The position numbers and the translations under genes were made by a program. 64,000 nt of DNA from an uncultured Candidatus Rokubacteria bacterium (GTDB lineage: Bacteria > Methylomirabilota > Methylomirabilia > Rokubacteriales > CSP1-6): assembly GCA_963758635.1 (NCBI GenBank), contig CAVWWD010000006.1, positions 320,001 through 384,000 on the forward strand, given 5' to 3'. The notes under the pieces were generated by a model, which was given only the letters and a program-made list of their open reading frames with translations, ran no database searches and was not told where the DNA came from. Shown one piece after another: positions 1 to 10,256 of this stretch. The stretch's first letter is position 1. Every line of letters starts with the position of its first letter.

Positions 1-129
1 CCCGCCGATCCGCTTGAACTCCTCCCGCATGAGCGGCAGGTACTCGGCCCAGTGGCCGTCGGCATCGACGATGGGATGGCTCAGGCGTGCACGGAGCTTC
101 CGCGCCTCGGTGTGACCGTTGGTGGACAT
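1..129 (-). CDS. Amidohydrolase family protein, N-terminal part (runs off the window)
   Basis: Manual translation MSTNGHTEARKLRARLSHPIVDADGHWAEY; DADxH metal motif; GGAGG RBS upstream. Confidence 0.7.
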   Translation of the reverse strand, partial: MSTNGHTEARKLRARLSHPIVDADGHWAEYLPLMREEFKRIGG

Positions 130-313
130 GGCGGATCCTCCCTGATGACGCGTGGTTATGGGGCGATGATACTCGATGCGCGGCGCGCGCGTTGCGCGGC
201 TAGTGCCGATCCAATTTGATCGGGCGAATAGAGCGGATACGCATCACGGGGTGGGCCTCTTGGCCCGGGAAGACAAACCTGAAGCGCCTCACATGGTGAG
301 AGCAGGAGCAACA

Positions 314-553
314 ATGATTGACGATGGAGGGCTAGCTGCGCTGACGTCCCAGCCGCTGGTCTGGCAGGACCTTTCGGAGTTTGACAAGCAGAAGGACCTC
401 TTCTTTGCGTATCAGACGCACGCGCAGGGCCACGAGCTGAGGCTGACGATCAATGACTTCCCTGCCGAACCGTACTATACGCTCTTCGTCGACGGCGAAG
501 CGGTGGCTAGCTTTGATGACTTCCCCGCTCATTGGACGAAGCCAGGTGCGTAG
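314..553 (+). CDS. Small hypothetical protein (79 aa), lower GC than flanks
   Basis: GGAG RBS then ATG; protein-like [26 protein letters not shown]. Confidence 0.65.
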   Translation: MIDDGGLAALTSQPLVWQDLSEFDKQKDLFFAYQTHAQGHELRLTINDFPAEPYYTLFVDGEAVASFDDFPAHWTKPGA

Positions 554-557
554 CTCA

Positions 558-635
558 TGATCCTCGCAAAATACGGTAACCGCCACGGGCCTCTACAATC
601 CCACCGCTCGGCATTAGTCTGATGCGCGGGGCTCA
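558..635 (+). repeat. Interspersed repeat family A, copy 1 (about 78 bp, MITE-like)
   Basis: TGATCCTCGCA..ATACGGT.ACCGCCACGGGCCTCTACAATCCCACCGCTCGGCATTAGTCTGATGCGCGGGGCTCA recurs at 36841, 36922 and 44988. Confidence 0.9.
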
Positions 636-1850
636 TTAGTCGGACGCGTCCCGGAGCGCGCGGCCCAGGTTCCCGCGGCGTCCGACCTCCACACCGTCGA
701 GGCCGAGCCATTCCGCCATCGTGGCGAGCTCCCGGGCGAGGGGCCGCGCCACGCGCGCGGCGGCCACGCCGGGCTCGACGTGCGACGGCGGGCACGCGGA
801 GGACGCGGGCCGCGCGGTCGGCCTTCAGGTCCACGCGCGCCACGAGCCGATCGCCGAGCAGGAACGGCAGCACGTAGTAGCCGTGCGTCCGCATCGCCGC
901 CGGCGTGTAGATCGAGATCCGGTAGTGGAACCCGAAGATGCGCTCGGTGCGCTGGCGCTCCCACACCAGCGGGTCGAACGGCGCGAGCAGGGCGCGCGCC
1001 TGCACGCGGCGCGGGCTGGGCGCCTGCGGGTGGAGGTAGGCCGCCTCGCGCCAGCCCTCGACGCGCGCGGGCACGAGGTCGCCCGCCTCGACCAGCTCGG
1101 CCAGCCGCGGCCGCGCCTCCGTGATGTTCAGGCGGAAGTAGTCGGCGAGGTCGCGCGCGGTCGCCACGCCGAGCGCGCGCGACGGCCGTGCGCAGGAGCG
1201 CGCGCTGCGCCTCGTCCTCGGCGGGCACGGGCGCGCCGAGGACGGCCGCGGGCAGGACGCGCTCGGGCAGGTCGTAGACGCGCTGGAAGCTCCGGCGGGT
1301 CGCGGTGGTCACCAGCCCGGCCCAGAAGAGCCACTCGAGCGCCTTCTTGCCCACGCTGCGGCCCCACCACGGGCCGCGCGCGCGGCCGCCCCGCGACAGC
1401 TCGGAGGCGGCGAGCGGCCCCCGCTCCGTCACCTCGGCGAGCACCTCCTCGCACGAAGGCGCGCCGCCGGCGCCCGAACCGCGCGATCTGGCCGTAGATG
1501 CCGAGCCCGCGCGCCGCGCGCTCCATGCGCCAGCGGAGCAGCGGGTACGCGCTCACGGGCAGGAGCGAGGCCTCGTGCCCCCAGTACTCGAACAGCGCGC
1601 GGTCCCGGCCCTCGTAGGCGAGCCGGTCGAGCAGCGCGGGATCGTAGGCGCCGAGCCGGGAGAAGAGCGGCAGGTAGTGCGCGCGCACGAGCACGTTCAC
1701 GGAGTCGATCTGGAGGAGCCCGAGGCGCTCGACGGCCCCGAGGATGTCGGCGGCCTCGGCCCGCGCCGGCGGGCGCGCGTCGCCGAACCCCTGCGAGGCC
1801 AGCGCGATGCGCCGCGCCTCCGCGGCGGACAGCGTCTCGACGGAGGTCAG
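636..1850 (-). CDS. YcaQ/AlkZ-like winged-helix DNA glycosylase family protein (frameshifted; start approximate)
   Basis: Motifs [55 protein letters not shown] spread over three frames. Confidence 0.8.
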
Positions 1851-1909
1851 CTCAGGCCCGCGGGCGCCGCATCAGCGTTCCCGGCCGCATCGGCGTTGCG
1901 CCCGCCACG

Positions 1910-2765
1910 TCAGCGCTGCGCCTGGCGCATCAGCGCCGCGCAGCGGTCGAGCAGCGGCAGCACCTCGTCGGCCTTGGCCGGCGGCAGGTTGAAGACGATG
2001 CGGGCCGCGCCCGCGTCGCCGTAGCGCTTGATGAGGTCCAGGTCCTCGGCCACGCCGAACACGGTGATGGGCAGCGTGGCGGGGTCGCGCCCGGCCGCCG
2101 GCGCACATCGCGCGGAACTCGGGCAGCTTGCCGAGCACGTCGCCGTAGGCGGGGCGCCGGGCGTGGGGCACCCAGCCGTCGCCGTAGGCGATGGCCCGGC
2201 GCGCGCCGTACGGGAACGCGCCGCCCACGAGCACGGGCGGGTGCGGCTTCTGCACGGGCTTCGGCCACGTCATCATCGGCGGGAACTCGACGAACTTCCC
2301 GTGGTACTCGGGCTTGGACTTCGTCCAGATGAGGCGCATCGCCTCCACGCGCTCGCGCATCACCTCGAAGCGCGACGTGAAGTCGGTGCCGTGGTCGGCC
2401 ATCTCCTCCGCGTTCCACCCCGCGCCGATGCCCAGGAGGAAGCGCCCGCCCGAGACCTGGTCGAGGCTCGCGACCTGCTTGGCCGTCTGGATGGGGTCGC
2501 GCTGGACGACCAGGCACACGCCGGTGGCCACGCGCAGGCGCGTGGTGGCGGCGGCCGCCGCGGCGAGCGTGACGAACGGGTCCATCACGTCGTAGTACTT
2601 CTTGGGCAGGTCGCCGCCCTGCGGGAACGGCGAGGTCCGGGACAGCGGGATGTGCGAGTGCTCGGGCGCCCACACGGACTCGAACCCGCGCTCCTCCAGC
2701 GCGCGGCCGAGCTCGGCCGGGCCCATCGAGTAGTCGGTGAAGAAGATCGCCGCTCCGAAGTCCAT
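1910..2765 (-). CDS. LLM-class (F420-dependent-like) oxidoreductase, frameshift near 2100
   Basis: MDFGAAIFFTDY..AEHSHIP-type motif (WAPEHSHIP)..DPFVTL..GAGWNAEEM..KPVQKPHPP. Confidence 0.85.
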
Positions 2766-2837
2766 GGTCTCTCTCCTGAGCCGGTTGCGCCGGTTGCGCC
2801 GGGTGTCGCCGGCCGCGCCGACGGTCTCCGCTGAGAC

Positions 2838-2864
2838 TCTGCTCGAGCCTGTTGCTTCGGGCAG
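2838..2864 (-). other. Possible degenerate left half of an attC closing the vapBC cassette
   Basis: Minus strand CTGCCCGAAGCAACAGGCTCGAGCAGA resembles R''-AACAGGCTGGAGC of the attC at 63599; no right arm. Confidence 0.35.
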
Positions 2865-2879
2865 CCCAAGGCCGCTCAG

Positions 2880-3285
2880 CAGCCAGTTTTCGGTACCTGA
2901 GTCCTGGCACGCGCGGCGGAATGCTGCGCTGTTGTTCGTCACGAACGTCAGGCCGCAACGAGAGGGCCGTGCGCCGGCCATGAGCAGTGTCGAACGTCCC
3001 GATTGGCGTGCCGCGTCGGGCCAGTGACGCCGCGACAGTAGCGAAGCGGTCCGCGGCCCTCTGATCGAAGGCAGCGACCTCCATCGGCTCGCCGAAGGTT
3101 GCGCTACGAGGCGGTGCCAGCCGGCGTGAGCGTCTCGTCTCGGCGCCGAACCGTGAGCTCGGCGAGAGTGATCGAACTGATGCAGAGTTGCGAGGGCCGG
3201 TGTTCGAGCAGTCGGGTACCGAGCACGTCCCGTGGCCACGGAGGGCAAAGCTCACCGTGTCCGTGTCGAGCATATACTCGGGCAT
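2880..3285 (-). pseudogene. vapC: VapC PIN-domain toxin, multiple frameshifts
   Basis: MPEYMLDTDTVSFALRG, CISSITLAEL, GTPIGTFD, LTFVTNN and ENW found in shifting frames. Confidence 0.8.
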
Positions 3286-3523
3286 CAGGCGAAGGGATCG
3301 CGAAGGTCACGCAGGCGCTTCTGCTTTGGACGGGGGATTTTTCCGCGCCAAGCGCCCAGGCAGGTCCGGAATTCGTCTGACCACTCGTCGGCCGCTTCGA
3401 GGATGACACGGCGGCCTTCACGGCGCACTAGAACCTCGCCCGGCGGTGCAAATCGGCACTCCTTGGGAGGCGGACGGCTTGGCTCCCCGCGTTCTGGAAA
3501 ATCTTGGCGCGGGTTGCTTTCAT
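3285..3523 (-). CDS. vapB: VapB AbrB/MazE-type antitoxin (one indel near 3465)
   Basis: MKATRAKIFQNAGSQAVRLPKECRF..EVLVRREGRRVILE; TGATG coupling to vapC. Confidence 0.8.
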
Positions 3524-3586
3524 GTTGAGAGTCTGAGACTCGCGTATATACGTGCGTCAAGCCTGCCGCGCTCGGTGCCCTTGTCC

Positions 3587-3657
3587 GCCCAACGCCGGCG
3601 CTCAGCGGCCGGAGCGAGCAGACGCGAGCACCGGCCCGCTGAAGCGGCCTGTTCAGG
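3587..3657 (-). other. Integron attC site (solo, far from intI)
   Basis: Minus strand CCTGAAC..GCTTCAGCGG..CCGCTGAGC..GTTGGGC; nearly identical to the attC at 62680-62749. Confidence 0.85.
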
Positions 3658-3674
3658 ACGTGCGTGTAGATCTG
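3651..3674 (-). repeat. 24-bp exact copy of intI 3' sequence (QIYTHVLN)
   Basis: CAGATCTACACGCACGTCCTGAAC is identical to 60413-60436. Confidence 0.9.
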
Positions 3675-3693
3675 TGCGATGCTGGCTAGCGAG

Positions 3694-5560
3694 TTAGGCT
3701 GGCCGCGCCGGCGTCTCGACGAGGGACGGGTCGCGCACGGCGCCGTGCGAGGCGCTCCGCGCCAGCGCGGCGTAGGCGCGGAGCGCGCGGGACACCTGCC
3801 GCTTGCGCTCGCGCGGCGTCCACGCCGCCGCGCCCCGCGTGAGCATGGCCGCGCGGCGGCGCGCGAGCTCGTCGTCGGCCACGGCCAGCGTGATCGTCCG
3901 CTGCGGGATGTCGATCACGATCTCGTCGCCCTCCTCGACGAGGCCGATCTCCCCGCCCTCCGCCGCCTCGGGCGAGACGTGCCCCACCGAGAGGCCGGAG
4001 GACGCGCCGGAGAAGCGGCCGTCGGTGACGAGCGCGCACGAGGTGGCGAGGCCCATCGCCTTGATGAGGCTCGTGGGCATCAGCATCTCCTGCATGCCGG
4101 GGCCGCCGCGCGGGCCCTCGTAGCGGACCACCACGACGTCGCCCGGCTTGACCGCGCCGCCCTTGATGCCGTCGGCGGCGTCGTTCTCGCTCTCGAAGAC
4201 CCGCGCGCGGCCCCGGAAGGTGAGGAGCGACGGGTCCACGCCCGCCGTCTTCACGATGCAGCCCTCGCGGGCCAGGTTGCCGCGGAGCACGGCGAGGCCG
4301 CCGTCCTGGCTGTAGGCGTGCGCCACGTCGCGGATGCACCCGGCCGCGCGGTCGAGGTCGAGCGTGTCGTAGTGCGAGTTCTGGCTGAACGCGCGCAGGC
4401 TGATCACGCGCGCGGGCGCGGCGCGGTAGAAGTCCCGCACCTCGTCGCCGGCGCGCCCGGCCACGTCCCACCGGGCCAGGGTCTCGGCGAGCGTCTCGCC
4501 GAGCACGTTCCGGACCGACGTGTCGAGGAGGCCGGCGCGGTCCAGCTCGCCCAGGATGCCCATCACGCCGCCCGCCCGGTGCACGTCCTCCATGTGGTAG
4601 CGGTTGGTGGACGGCGAGACCTTGCAGAGGTGCGGCACGCGCCGCGACAGCCGGTCGATGTCGCCGATGGTGAAGGGCACGTCGCCCTCGAAGGCCGCGG
4701 CGAGGAGATGCAGGATCGTGTTGGTCGAGCCGCCCATGGCGATGTCCATGCTACATGGCGTTCTCGAAGGCGGCGCGATTCGCGATGGCCCGCGGCAGCA
4801 CGTCCGCGGCGCCCTCGACGTAGTGCCGGCGCGTCAGATCCACGATGCGCCGGCCCGCCTCGCGGAAGAGCGCCTCGCGCCGGGCGTGGGTGGCGAGCAG
4901 GCTGCCGTTGCCGGGCAGGGCCAGGCCGAGGGCCTCGGTCAGGCAGTTCATCGAGTTGGCGGTGAACATGCCCGCGCAGGAGCCGCACGTCGGGCAGGCC
5001 GCGCGCTCCACGGCCAGCAGCTCCTCGTCGCTCGCGTCGCGGCGGCCGCCCGCCACCAGCGCGTCGACGGCGTCGATGATGGCGCCCGAGCCCGCCACCT
5101 TGCCCGCCTCCATGGGCCCGCCGGAGACGAACACCGTGGGCAGGTTGAGGCGGAGCGCGGCCATCAGCATGCCCGGCGTGATCTTGTCGCAGTTCGAGAT
5201 GCACACGAGGGCGTCGGCGCAGTGCCCGTTGACCATGTACTCGACGGCATCGGCGATCAGCTCGCGCGAGGGCAGGCTGTAGAGCATGCCCTCGTGGCCC
5301 ATGGCGATGCCGTCGTCCACCGCGATGGTGTGGAACTCCTTGGCCACCGCCCCCGCGCGCCGGATCTCCTCGGCCACGAGGTCCCCGAGCGGCTTGAGAT
5401 GCACGTGCCCGGGAACGAACTGCGTGTAGGAGTTGGCGATGGCGACGATGGGCTTGGCGAGGTCCGCCTCGGCGGTGCCGGTGGCGCGCCACAGGGCGCG
5501 CGCCGCCGCCTGGTTTCGACCCTGGGTGGTGCGGTGCGATCGGTAGCGGGGCATGGGCAT
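3694..5560 (-). CDS. ilvD: Dihydroxy-acid dehydratase (indel near 4750)
   Basis: [50 protein letters not shown]. Confidence 0.95.
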
Positions 5561-5639
5561 GCGCGATCCTCCCTCGCCCGGCGCGGCCTCCCGCCGGACA
5601 GCGGGCAGGATATCACGCCGAAGCGAGGGGCCCTTCGCC

Positions 5640-5669
5640 TTGACAAACTGCGTCAGCCACGTCTAGCAT
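5640..5669 (+). promoter_or_regulatory. Sigma70-like promoter
   Basis: TTGACA-N18-TAGCAT. Confidence 0.5.
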
Positions 5670-5707
5670 CCGGCATGCCGCCCGCCGACGTGAGCATTCG
5701 TCTGTCC

Positions 5708-6043
5708 ATGCGCACCGCTCTCCTCGTCCTCGTCGCGCTCCTCGCGCTCGCCGGCGCGCCCGGCGCCGAGGCGGTCACCGTCGTCACCCAGGTCCAGGCC
5801 ACGATGTCGTTCTCGAGCCAGGGGATCACCGGGTCTGGCCCGATCACCGGCACGGTGATGCCCACGGGCCAGATCACCGGATCCGGACAGATCACGACGA
5901 CCAACGGGCAGAACACCGGCGTCGCCAGCATCAGCCTGGTAGGCTCCGTGTCGGGCGACCACATCTCGATGAACACCACGGGGGCGCAAGTGAGCCCGCC
6001 GGGCAGTTGCACGTCCCAGGGACACATGGAGGGAGACCGGTAA
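5708..6043 (+). CDS. Small secreted Gly/Thr/Ser-rich hypothetical protein
   Basis: Signal peptide MRTALLVLVALLALAGAPGAEA followed by a beta-rich mature part. Confidence 0.6.
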   Translation: MRTALLVLVALLALAGAPGAEAVTVVTQVQATMSFSSQGITGSGPITGTVMPTGQITGSGQITTTNGQNTGVASISLVGSVSGDHISMNTTGAQVSPPGSCTSQGHMEGDR

Positions 6044-6088
6044 CGCCACCGCGCCCTGAATCGGGCGACGTTGGCAGGGAGGGAACCC

Positions 6089-7639
6089 ATGCTTCCATTC
6101 CGCGGACTCTCGTGGCAGTCGATCGCGCTCTCGCTGCTCGTTGTCGCCACCGGGCTCGCCGGCGCGGCGCCGGCGGCGGCCCAGCAGCCCGCCGGCCAGG
6201 CGGTGATCGCGTTCCACGTGACCATCGCGCCGAGCTGGTTCGACCCGTCGGCGGCCCCACCGCAGATCACGCCGTTCGGCGTCCTCTACGCGATCCACGA
6301 CGCGCTCGTGCGCCCCTACCCAGGCCAGAAGATGGGGCCGAGCCTGGCCGAGTCGTGGAAGGAGAGCGCGGACGGGCGCAGCTACGAGTTCAAGCTCCGG
6401 CGCGGCCTCAAGTTCCACAACGGTGACCCCCTCACCAGCGAGGACGTGAAGTTCAGCTTCGAGCGCTACAAGGGGGCGGGCGCGTCGGAGATGAAGGCGC
6501 GGGTCCGGCAGGTGGAGGCCGCCGATCCGCTGACCGTGCGCTTCCACCTGCACGAGCCGTGGCCGGACTTCATGACGTTCTACGGCACCACCGCGACGGC
6601 GGCGGGGATCGTCGTGCCGAAGAAGTACGTCGAGCAGGTGGGCCCGGACGGCTTCCTCAAGCATCCCATCGGGGCGGGGCCCTACAAGTTCGTCTCCCAT
6701 AAGCCGGGGGTCGAGGTGGTGGTGGAGGCCAACACCTCCTACTGGCGGCGCGTGCCCGCGATCAAGACCTGGGTCATGAAGAGCGTGCCGGACGGCTCCA
6801 CCCGGCTGGCCATGCTGCAGAACAACGAGGCGGACATCGGCGCGGCCTACGACGGGCAGGAAGGCATCGTGATCGCCAAGGACAGCCGGCTCCAGCTCGT
6901 CGCGTCCAAGCACGCCTCGATCTTCTGGATCGAGTTCGCCGAGCAGTGGGACCCGAAGTCGCCCTGGCACGACAAGCGGCTGCGGCAGGCCGTGAACCTG
7001 TCGCTCGACCGCAAGCGGATGAACGAGGCCGCGTGCCTCGGGCACTGCCCCCCGGCCGGCGTGATCGTCCCGCGGGTCATGGAGTTCGCGCTCCAGGTCG
7101 AGCCGCCCGCCTATGACCCGCAGAAGGCCAAGCAGCTCCTCGCCGAGGCCGGATACCCGAACGGCCTGGACGCCGGAGAGTTCGTGCCCATCCCCGGCTT
7201 CCCGACGGTGGCGGAGTCGGCGCTGACGTACATGAACGCGGCGGGGATCCGGCTCAAGATGCGTCCGATGGAGCGCGCCGCGTTCTACGCGTCCTGGCGC
7301 GAGAAGAAGGTCCGCGGCGTGTTCATGACCGCGGTGGGGAACTCCGGCAACGCGGCCAGCCGCGTCGAGCAGTTCATCCAGTCCAAGGGGGCCTACGCCT
7401 ACGGCGGCTACCCGGACATCGACGACCTCTTCCTGCAGCAGGCGCGCGAGCGCGACCCGAAGAAGCGCGAGGCGATCCTTCACAAGATCCAGCAGCTCAC
7501 CATCGACCGCGTGATGTTCGCGCCGGTCATGGACCTGCGCGCGCTCATGGGCGTCGGCGCGCGCGTGGCCAAGCACACGATCACGGACGTGTGGATGAGC
7601 CCGTGGCCGTCCTACGAGGACGTGACGCTCAAGAACTGA
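6089..7639 (+). CDS. ABC transporter substrate-binding protein, family 5 (DppA/OppA-like)
   Basis: Signal peptide; LAESW, FKLRRGLKFHNGDPLTSEDVKFS, PIGAGPYKF; no permease genes adjacent. Confidence 0.9.
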   Translation: MLPFRGLSWQSIALSLLVVATGLAGAAPAAAQQPAGQAVIAFHVTIAPSWFDPSAAPPQITPFGVLYAIHDALVRPYPGQKMGPSLAESWKESADGRSYEFKLRRGLKFHNGDPLTSEDVKFSFERYKGAGASEMKARVRQVEAADPLTVRFHLHEPWPDFMTFYGTTATAAGIVVPKKYVEQVGPDGFLKHPIGAGPYKFVSHKPGVEVVVEANTSYWRRVPAIKTWVMKSVPDGSTRLAMLQNNEADIGAAYDGQEGIVIAKDSRLQLVASKHASIFWIEFAEQWDPKSPWHDKRLRQAVNLSLDRKRMNEAACLGHCPPAGVIVPRVMEFALQVEPPAYDPQKAKQLLAEAGYPNGLDAGEFVPIPGFPTVAESALTYMNAAGIRLKMRPMERAAFYASWREKKVRGVFMTAVGNSGNAASRVEQFIQSKGAYAYGGYPDIDDLFLQQARERDPKKREAILHKIQQLTIDRVMFAPVMDLRALMGVGARVAKHTITDVWMSPWPSYEDVTLKN

Positions 7640-7700
7640 GCGGGCGCGCGGGCCGCAGGGACGCGCCGGCGCGTTCGGCGGCGGGCGGCGATCCGCGCGG

Positions 7701-8159
7701 TCAGTCGGGCAGGCCGGGCAGGAAGCCGAAGCGGCGGGCGAGGGGCCGTCCCACGAGGGCGGCGCGCGCCCGGACCTTGAGGGGCTCCGGCATGGCGCCG
7801 TGCCAGGCGTAGTCGTCGGCGTCGCGCTCGCTCGTGGGCTCGTGCCAGCGCCGGCGATCGCTCTCGGCGAGCGTCCGCTGCTGCCAGAGGTGCCGCGCCT
7901 CGTGCGCCGCGACGAGCGCGGCGAGCGCGGGGCGCAGGGACGCGCGCAGCCAGATCACGGGCGGCTCGCTCGGTACCGCCGCGCCTTTGAGGCCGGAGTG
8001 GAGGCGCGCTCCGAGGGCGGAGAGCGCGGCGTCACCCTCGCCCCGATGGGCGCGCGCGCCCCTGAACCAGCGGACGGCGAGACGCGGGAGCGAGAGGTCG
8101 CGCACCACCGCGCCCAGGGCCTCGCCGACTGCGGCCCGCGTGGATCGCGGCACCGACAT
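7701..8159 (-). CDS. Hypothetical protein with HExxH zinc-peptidase-like motif
   Basis: GGAGG RBS; AAHEARH..ERDADDYA. Confidence 0.55.
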   Translation of the reverse strand: MSVPRSTRAAVGEALGAVVRDLSLPRLAVRWFRGARAHRGEGDAALSALGARLHSGLKGAAVPSEPPVIWLRASLRPALAALVAAHEARHLWQQRTLAESDRRRWHEPTSERDADDYAWHGAMPEPLKVRARAALVGRPLARRFGFLPGLPD

Positions 8160-8197
8160 CGCCGGCACCTCCGGGCTCCGGAGGGGCGCGGCCCGAC

Positions 8198-8917
8198 TCA
8201 CCCCACCACCAGTTTCTCGTGGAGCGCGCTCAGGATCTCGTCCACCGCCGCGCACGCCCACAGGTCGAAGAACGGCGAGGCCTGGAGGGCGGCGAACTCC
8301 TTTCGCGACCGCTCGGCGGCCTGCTCCGCGCTCTCGCCGGGACGCGCCGCCTGCTGGTGGCCGCGGATCCGGTCCTTGTGGTAGATGGCCGGGTACTCGA
8401 TGTAGCGGTGCAGCTCGCGAAGATCGGCGGTGTAGAACACGGCCACGGGCAGCGAGGCCCACGCGCCGCCGTTCTTGTCGTTCAGGAACTCGAGCATCAG
8501 GTCGTGGTTGCCGTCCGGGTACGCGGCGGGATCGGGGCGCCGGGCGCCGAGGATCTTCTTGCCGTCGCGGTTGAAGATGCGCATCTCGATGCCGCCGGCC
8601 TCGGCGAGCCGGGCCAGCACCGGCACGTCGCGGCGGCAGTCGGACGACCAGTCCTCGGAGATGACCAGGAGCTTGGCGGGGCCGCCGGGCCGCGCGGCGA
8701 GCCAGTGGATGGCCGCGGTCTGCTCGTCGCTGAGCCGCGCCCGGGCGTAGCGCTCGCGCAGCAACGCGCTCTGGTCCGCGCGCGGTCCGCCCACCGATCC
8801 GGCGTCGGGCAGGTAGCGCCCGCCGAAGCCCTCGCGGGCCAGATTCTCCGGACTGCCGGCGTACGTCACGTACTCCGCGAACGTCATGCCGCGGGCGAAG
8901 CGTTCCTGGGTGATCAT
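8198..8917 (-). CDS. Thioredoxin-fold protein (Thioredoxin_9-like), SxxC variant
   Basis: LVISEDWSSDCRRDVPVL..SLPVAVF. Confidence 0.75.
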   Translation of the reverse strand: MITQERFARGMTFAEYVTYAGSPENLAREGFGGRYLPDAGSVGGPRADQSALLRERYARARLSDEQTAAIHWLAARPGGPAKLLVISEDWSSDCRRDVPVLARLAEAGGIEMRIFNRDGKKILGARRPDPAAYPDGNHDLMLEFLNDKNGGAWASLPVAVFYTADLRELHRYIEYPAIYHKDRIRGHQQAARPGESAEQAAERSRKEFAALQASPFFDLWACAAVDEILSALHEKLVVG

Positions 8918-8984
8918 TGGATTGTCCTCGGGGCGCCTGCGCAGGGCTCCGGCGCCCGAGGTTCGGGCAGGTCAACCCGCCTGA

Positions 8985-10220
8985 TCACAGGCTCAGCCGC
9001 GTGCGGATACGCTCGACGGCGTCCTGCGTCTGCGCGCGGCCGCCGAAGCCGGTGAGGCGGAAGTAGCCCTCGCCGCTCGGGCCGAAGCCGGCGCCCGGCG
9101 TGCCCACCACGTGGGCCTGGTTCAGGAGCTTGTCGAAGAACTCCCACGACGTGACGCCCTTCGGCGTCTGGAGCCAGACGTACGGCGCGTTCCGCCCGCC
9201 GTGGACGGTGAGGCCGGCGGCGGCAAGCCCCTCGCGGATGATCCGCGCATTCTCCATGTAGAAGTCGACCGACTCGCGGACCTGGCGCTGGCCCTCCGGC
9301 GTGTACACGGCGGCCGCCGCCTTCTGGACGATGTAGGGCGCGGCGTTGTACTTGGTCGACATGCGCCGGCACCAGAGGGCGTGCAGGCTCACCTCGCTGC
9401 CGTCGGCGGCGCGGCCCTTCACTTCCTTCGGCACCACCGTGAAGGCGCAGCGCACCCCGGTGAAGCCGGCCATCTTCGAGTAGCTCCGGAACTCGATCGC
9501 CACCTCGCGCGCGCCCTGCACCTCGTAGATCGAGTGCGGGATATCGGGATCGCGGATGTACGCCTCGTAGGCGGCGTCGAACAGGATGACCGCGTTGTGC
9601 TGGTGCGCGTACTCCACCCACGCCTGGAGCTGGGCCTTCGTCACGGTGGCGCCGGTGGGATTGTTCGGGTAGCAGAGGTAGATGATGTCGACCGGCCGCG
9701 AGGGCAGCGCGGGCACGAAGCCGTTGTCCGCGGTGCACGGCAGGTACACCATGCCCTCGTAGCGGCCCTGGGCGTCGGCCGGCCCCGTGCGTCCCGCCAT
9801 CACGTTGGTGTCGGCGTACACGGGGTAGACGGGGTCGGTGAGCGCCACCACGCAGTCGGTGGCGAAGATCTCCTGGATGTTGCCGCTGTCCTGCTTGGTG
9901 CCGTCGGACACGATGATCTCGTCGGGCGCCACCTTCACCCCGCGCGCGCCGTACTCGTGCTCGACGATCTTCTCCACGAGGAAGTCGTAGCCGAAGTCCG
10001 GCCCGTAGCCCTTGAAGGTCTCGGGGCGGGACAGGTCGTCCACCGCGTCGTGCAGCGCGCGGACCACGGTGGGGGCGAGCGGCCGCGTCACGTCGCCGAT
10101 GCCGAGGCGGATGATCTGCGCCTGCGGGTTCGCGTCGGTGAAGGCGCGGATCCGCTTGGCGATGTCGTTGAAGAGGTAGCTGGCCTTCAGCTTGAGGTAG
10201 TTGTCGTTCACTCGCGCCAC
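8985..10220 (-). CDS. dapL: LL-diaminopimelate aminotransferase
   Basis: [55 protein letters not shown]. Confidence 0.92.
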   Translation of the reverse strand: MARVNDNYLKLKASYLFNDIAKRIRAFTDANPQAQIIRLGIGDVTRPLAPTVVRALHDAVDDLSRPETFKGYGPDFGYDFLVEKIVEHEYGARGVKVAPDEIIVSDGTKQDSGNIQEIFATDCVVALTDPVYPVYADTNVMAGRTGPADAQGRYEGMVYLPCTADNGFVPALPSRPVDIIYLCYPNNPTGATVTKAQLQAWVEYAHQHNAVILFDAAYEAYIRDPDIPHSIYEVQGAREVAIEFRSYSKMAGFTGVRCAFTVVPKEVKGRAADGSEVSLHALWCRRMSTKYNAAPYIVQKAAAAVYTPEGQRQVRESVDFYMENARIIREGLAAAGLTVHGGRNAPYVWLQTPKGVTSWEFFDKLLNQAHVVGTPGAGFGPSGEGYFRLTGFGGRAQTQDAVERIRTRLSL

Positions 10221-10256
10221 AGTGGACTCTCCTGTTCGCTCAGAATGTTCCCGATT

